Shown: positions 61,532 through 64,000 of the stretch, piece by piece
Layout: every line of letters starts with the position of its first letter
Numbering within the stretch: position 1 is the stretch's first letter
NCBI GenBank assembly: GCA_964035575.1
Contig: OZ037844.1
Coordinates: 1,054,001 to 1,118,000 of the forward strand
Length of the DNA stretch: 64,000 nucleotides
Direction: 5' to 3'
From: Rhynchopus sp. YZ270_cl-10
Taxonomy: Eukaryota
The notes under the pieces: model-generated
Told to the model about the DNA's origin: nothing
Databases searched by the model: none
Seen by the model: only the letters and a program-made list of their open reading frames with translations
Program-made: the position numbers and the translations under genes

Positions 61532-61749
61532 ACTGTAGGATTGAAAAGTTGTGAAAGCTGTGAAACATGGTGAAAGTTGTGAAATTTTGTGAAACCCCCC
61601 CGGATAGCACCATCTATCTTCTTTCGGACTTTTTGCTCGATTTTCCCTCCTGTGACCTCAGAAACGCCAAGAAGTTATTTCATTAACACACAAGTACAAA
61701 AGGTTACCTTTTCAGGTGGTGGGGTTCATGGACTGTACCAGATGGAGTT

Positions 61750-63094
61750 TCACTCTTCCGCACCGTGCTTGAGGAGAACCTGCACCACATCTGCACGTTG
61801 TTTCTTCCTCGCATAGTACAGCGCAGTGTTGCCAAACATATTTCTGTGGTTCACATCCACCTCCTTTAAGCCCACGAGATAGCGTACAGTCTCGGTGTCC
61901 ACGCTGTGTCGCGTGGGTAAGACATGTGTCTCCATAGTTGTCTGCGACACACACGTCCGCACCTGCTCTAACTAACATCTTCACAATTTGGAGTACCCCA
62001 CTATCGCAAGCAGAGTGAAGGGGTGTCCGTTCTTCTGTAGTCTGTGCCTCAACATCTGCCCCTGCATCAATGAGCACCTGCACCGCAGCAGAGCGCTTAA
62101 GAAACACAGCCCCGTGCACTGGAGTGAAGCCCATGGTATTAGAGTGGTTCACATCCACCTCGGGAAAACCCACAAGATAGCGCACAGTCTCAGTAGTTCC
62201 ATTGACAGCAAGGATAAGACATGCGTTTCCTCCGTTGTCAGTGGCACACACTCCTGCACCTGCCCTAATCAACACCTTCACAAGCGAGAGGCCCCCTTCC
62301 ATGCTGGCGATGAGCAGAGGCGAACGTCCCTTCCCCCCCTTCACCTCGATGTCAGCCCCTGCATCAATAAGCACCTCCACCACATCTGCATGGTTTTTCT
62401 CAGCAGCAAGGAGCACTGCAGTGTTGCCGTAACTATCCTGATTCACATCCACCTCTGCAAGGTCCGCGAGATAGCGCACAGTCTCAGTGTTGCCAAAGGC
62501 CGCAGCCAGCAGAAGACATGTGTATCCGTCGTTGTCGGTAACACGTACTCCTGCACCTGCTCTTACCAACATCTTCACAACATCGAGTGCTCCTGAACGA
62601 CAAGCCAAGTGCAGAGGTGAACGTCCATTCTCATCCTTTGTCTCGATGTCTGCACCTGCATCAATGAGCACCTGACACACTGCAGGGTCCTCCCACATGG
62701 CTGGACAGTCTTCTTCTTCTTCCTCCTGCCCGTGTGGGACAAACGCAACGTTGCTGCAGACTGACTTCCAATGCTGCAAGAGGACCTCCGTGCACGCAGT
62801 GTGGTCTGCGTGGATGCACTCACTCAGCAGCATCCCGAAGCCCATCTGCGTTGTCTCAACATACGGAAGAAGCAGTGCGAGGCATTCATCGTGGTTCCCT
62901 CTGCATGCCTCGTGCACAGCATCGAAGGAAACCGTTTTGCTGTCTGTGTCTGGGCTGAGCTTCTCAAGTCCCACCCGCACGGCAGTCGTGTCGCCGTTCC
63001 TGGCAGCCTCCACCAAGACCGAGTCTGCAGAAAGTGTTGTGCTGTTTGAAGCCTTCTCGTCAGGTGTGCTGTCTGCGTGTTGCTCCTTTGACAT
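61750..63094 (-). pseudogene. Ankyrin-repeat protein, copy D (short, diverged), 2-bp frameshift near 61897
   Basis: Same N-cap as A-C; gtctcggtgtccacg versus family gtctcggtgtgtccacg; last repeats continue in another frame to ...LLKHGAEE*. Could be an assembly error. Confidence 0.75.
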
Positions 63095-64000
63095 GGTTTT
63101 GGTTTTAGATTCTATTCGATGTTGTGTCTATTATGCTGTTTCTTTTTGTGGAGGTTGTGAGGTGAGTGGTGGGTGTGCCCACGTCAGGGCTGTCTCTTCT
63201 GCCTTGGGCGTGACTGTGTAGAAGTGCTCCAAACACTCCACTCTGGGTGTCAATTGAGGTGTATGGGGAGAGGGAGGGGGAGGAAAAGAGGAAGTGGTTG
63301 CTGCTGTCTGTTTTTGCATCGACGTTTGTCTAGGTTTTGTTTCTGGGTTTTGCTTTCTTCTTTGGGGGGGAGGAGAGAGCGTGGTCCTCAATCAGACGGA
63401 GAAAAAGAAAGAGGAGTTGAAACGTACTCAAACAGCTCGGTCACGCTCATGCTAGGTTAGGGTGGGACGTTCGAGCGTTCCGTACCGTGAGAGAACGGAG
63501 GCGGTTCACAACCGCTGGAAAAGCACGCTACCGCTTTACCCCCAAGACTAAATGGCCCGCTCTGATTTTGCACGATAGTTTCGGGAGTGAGAGAAGAAAA
63601 CATTGTTAAAAAGATGAACCTAAGCCTCGCGTGCTTGGAAGGATGCTGGAGGTGTCTGCCTGCTCAAGGAGAACCTGCACTGCACGCCACTGCTTGGTCT
63701 GCTCTGCATTCTTTCGTCAATGTTGAAATGCTCCTTCTTCCCACATCCAGTGGAAGTGCTCGTACCCCATACTGTACATGCTTCGAGAAGAGGGGTACGT
63801 GTACGAACCGATCGTAGAGGAGGAACGAGAAAAAATTGTTGGAGTAGTGTAGTTGTCTCGGTTGTGCTGCCACAGTTTGTGCAATCTCTACGTTCTTTTT
63901 CTTTTCTTTTTTAGTTGCTGCTGTTGTTGCTTGATATGTACTATGCACCACGACTCCTGGACAAAGTACAAACACGTTCTCCACCCTCACCCCGCCCACA

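Larger units (their letters stand above)
60169..61535. mobile_element. Tc1/mariner-like CAGTG...CACTG MITE (~106 bp) interrupted at its right end
   Basis: TA|cagtggttaaagaaagt ... actttctttaaccactg|TA is restored when the 60276-61531 insert is removed. Confidence 0.78.

Overview
Eukaryotic (protist-like) nuclear DNA with short GT-AG introns and homopolymer-rich spacers. All recognisable host genes are on the minus strand: an STE20 kinase fused to a WNK/NRBP-like pseudokinase, a multipass membrane protein, a TM-TPR protein, four paralogous ankyrin-repeat genes (two frame-disrupted), a ZIP metal transporter and a four-exon proteasome beta-3 gene. One intact CRE-like non-LTR retrotransposon is on the plus strand, with an unusual layout: TM/Arg-rich leader, RGG, OTU, zinc fingers, RT, RLE, second OTU. 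The spacers hold nested non-autonomous TIR elements with readable target-site duplications (8-bp, TA, TTAA, 5-bp, 2-bp) and several short co-oriented repeat families. Best candidates for new biology: (1) a DARPin-like ankyrin repertoire with fixed caps and shuffled 300-nt modules; (2) the double-OTU retroelement; (3) a GNA-hairpin/CACGGTACGC core shared by otherwise unrelated MITEs; (4) the SPAK/OSR1-like plus WNK-like kinase fusion. All calls were made by eye without database searches, so family assignments and novelty need confirming.
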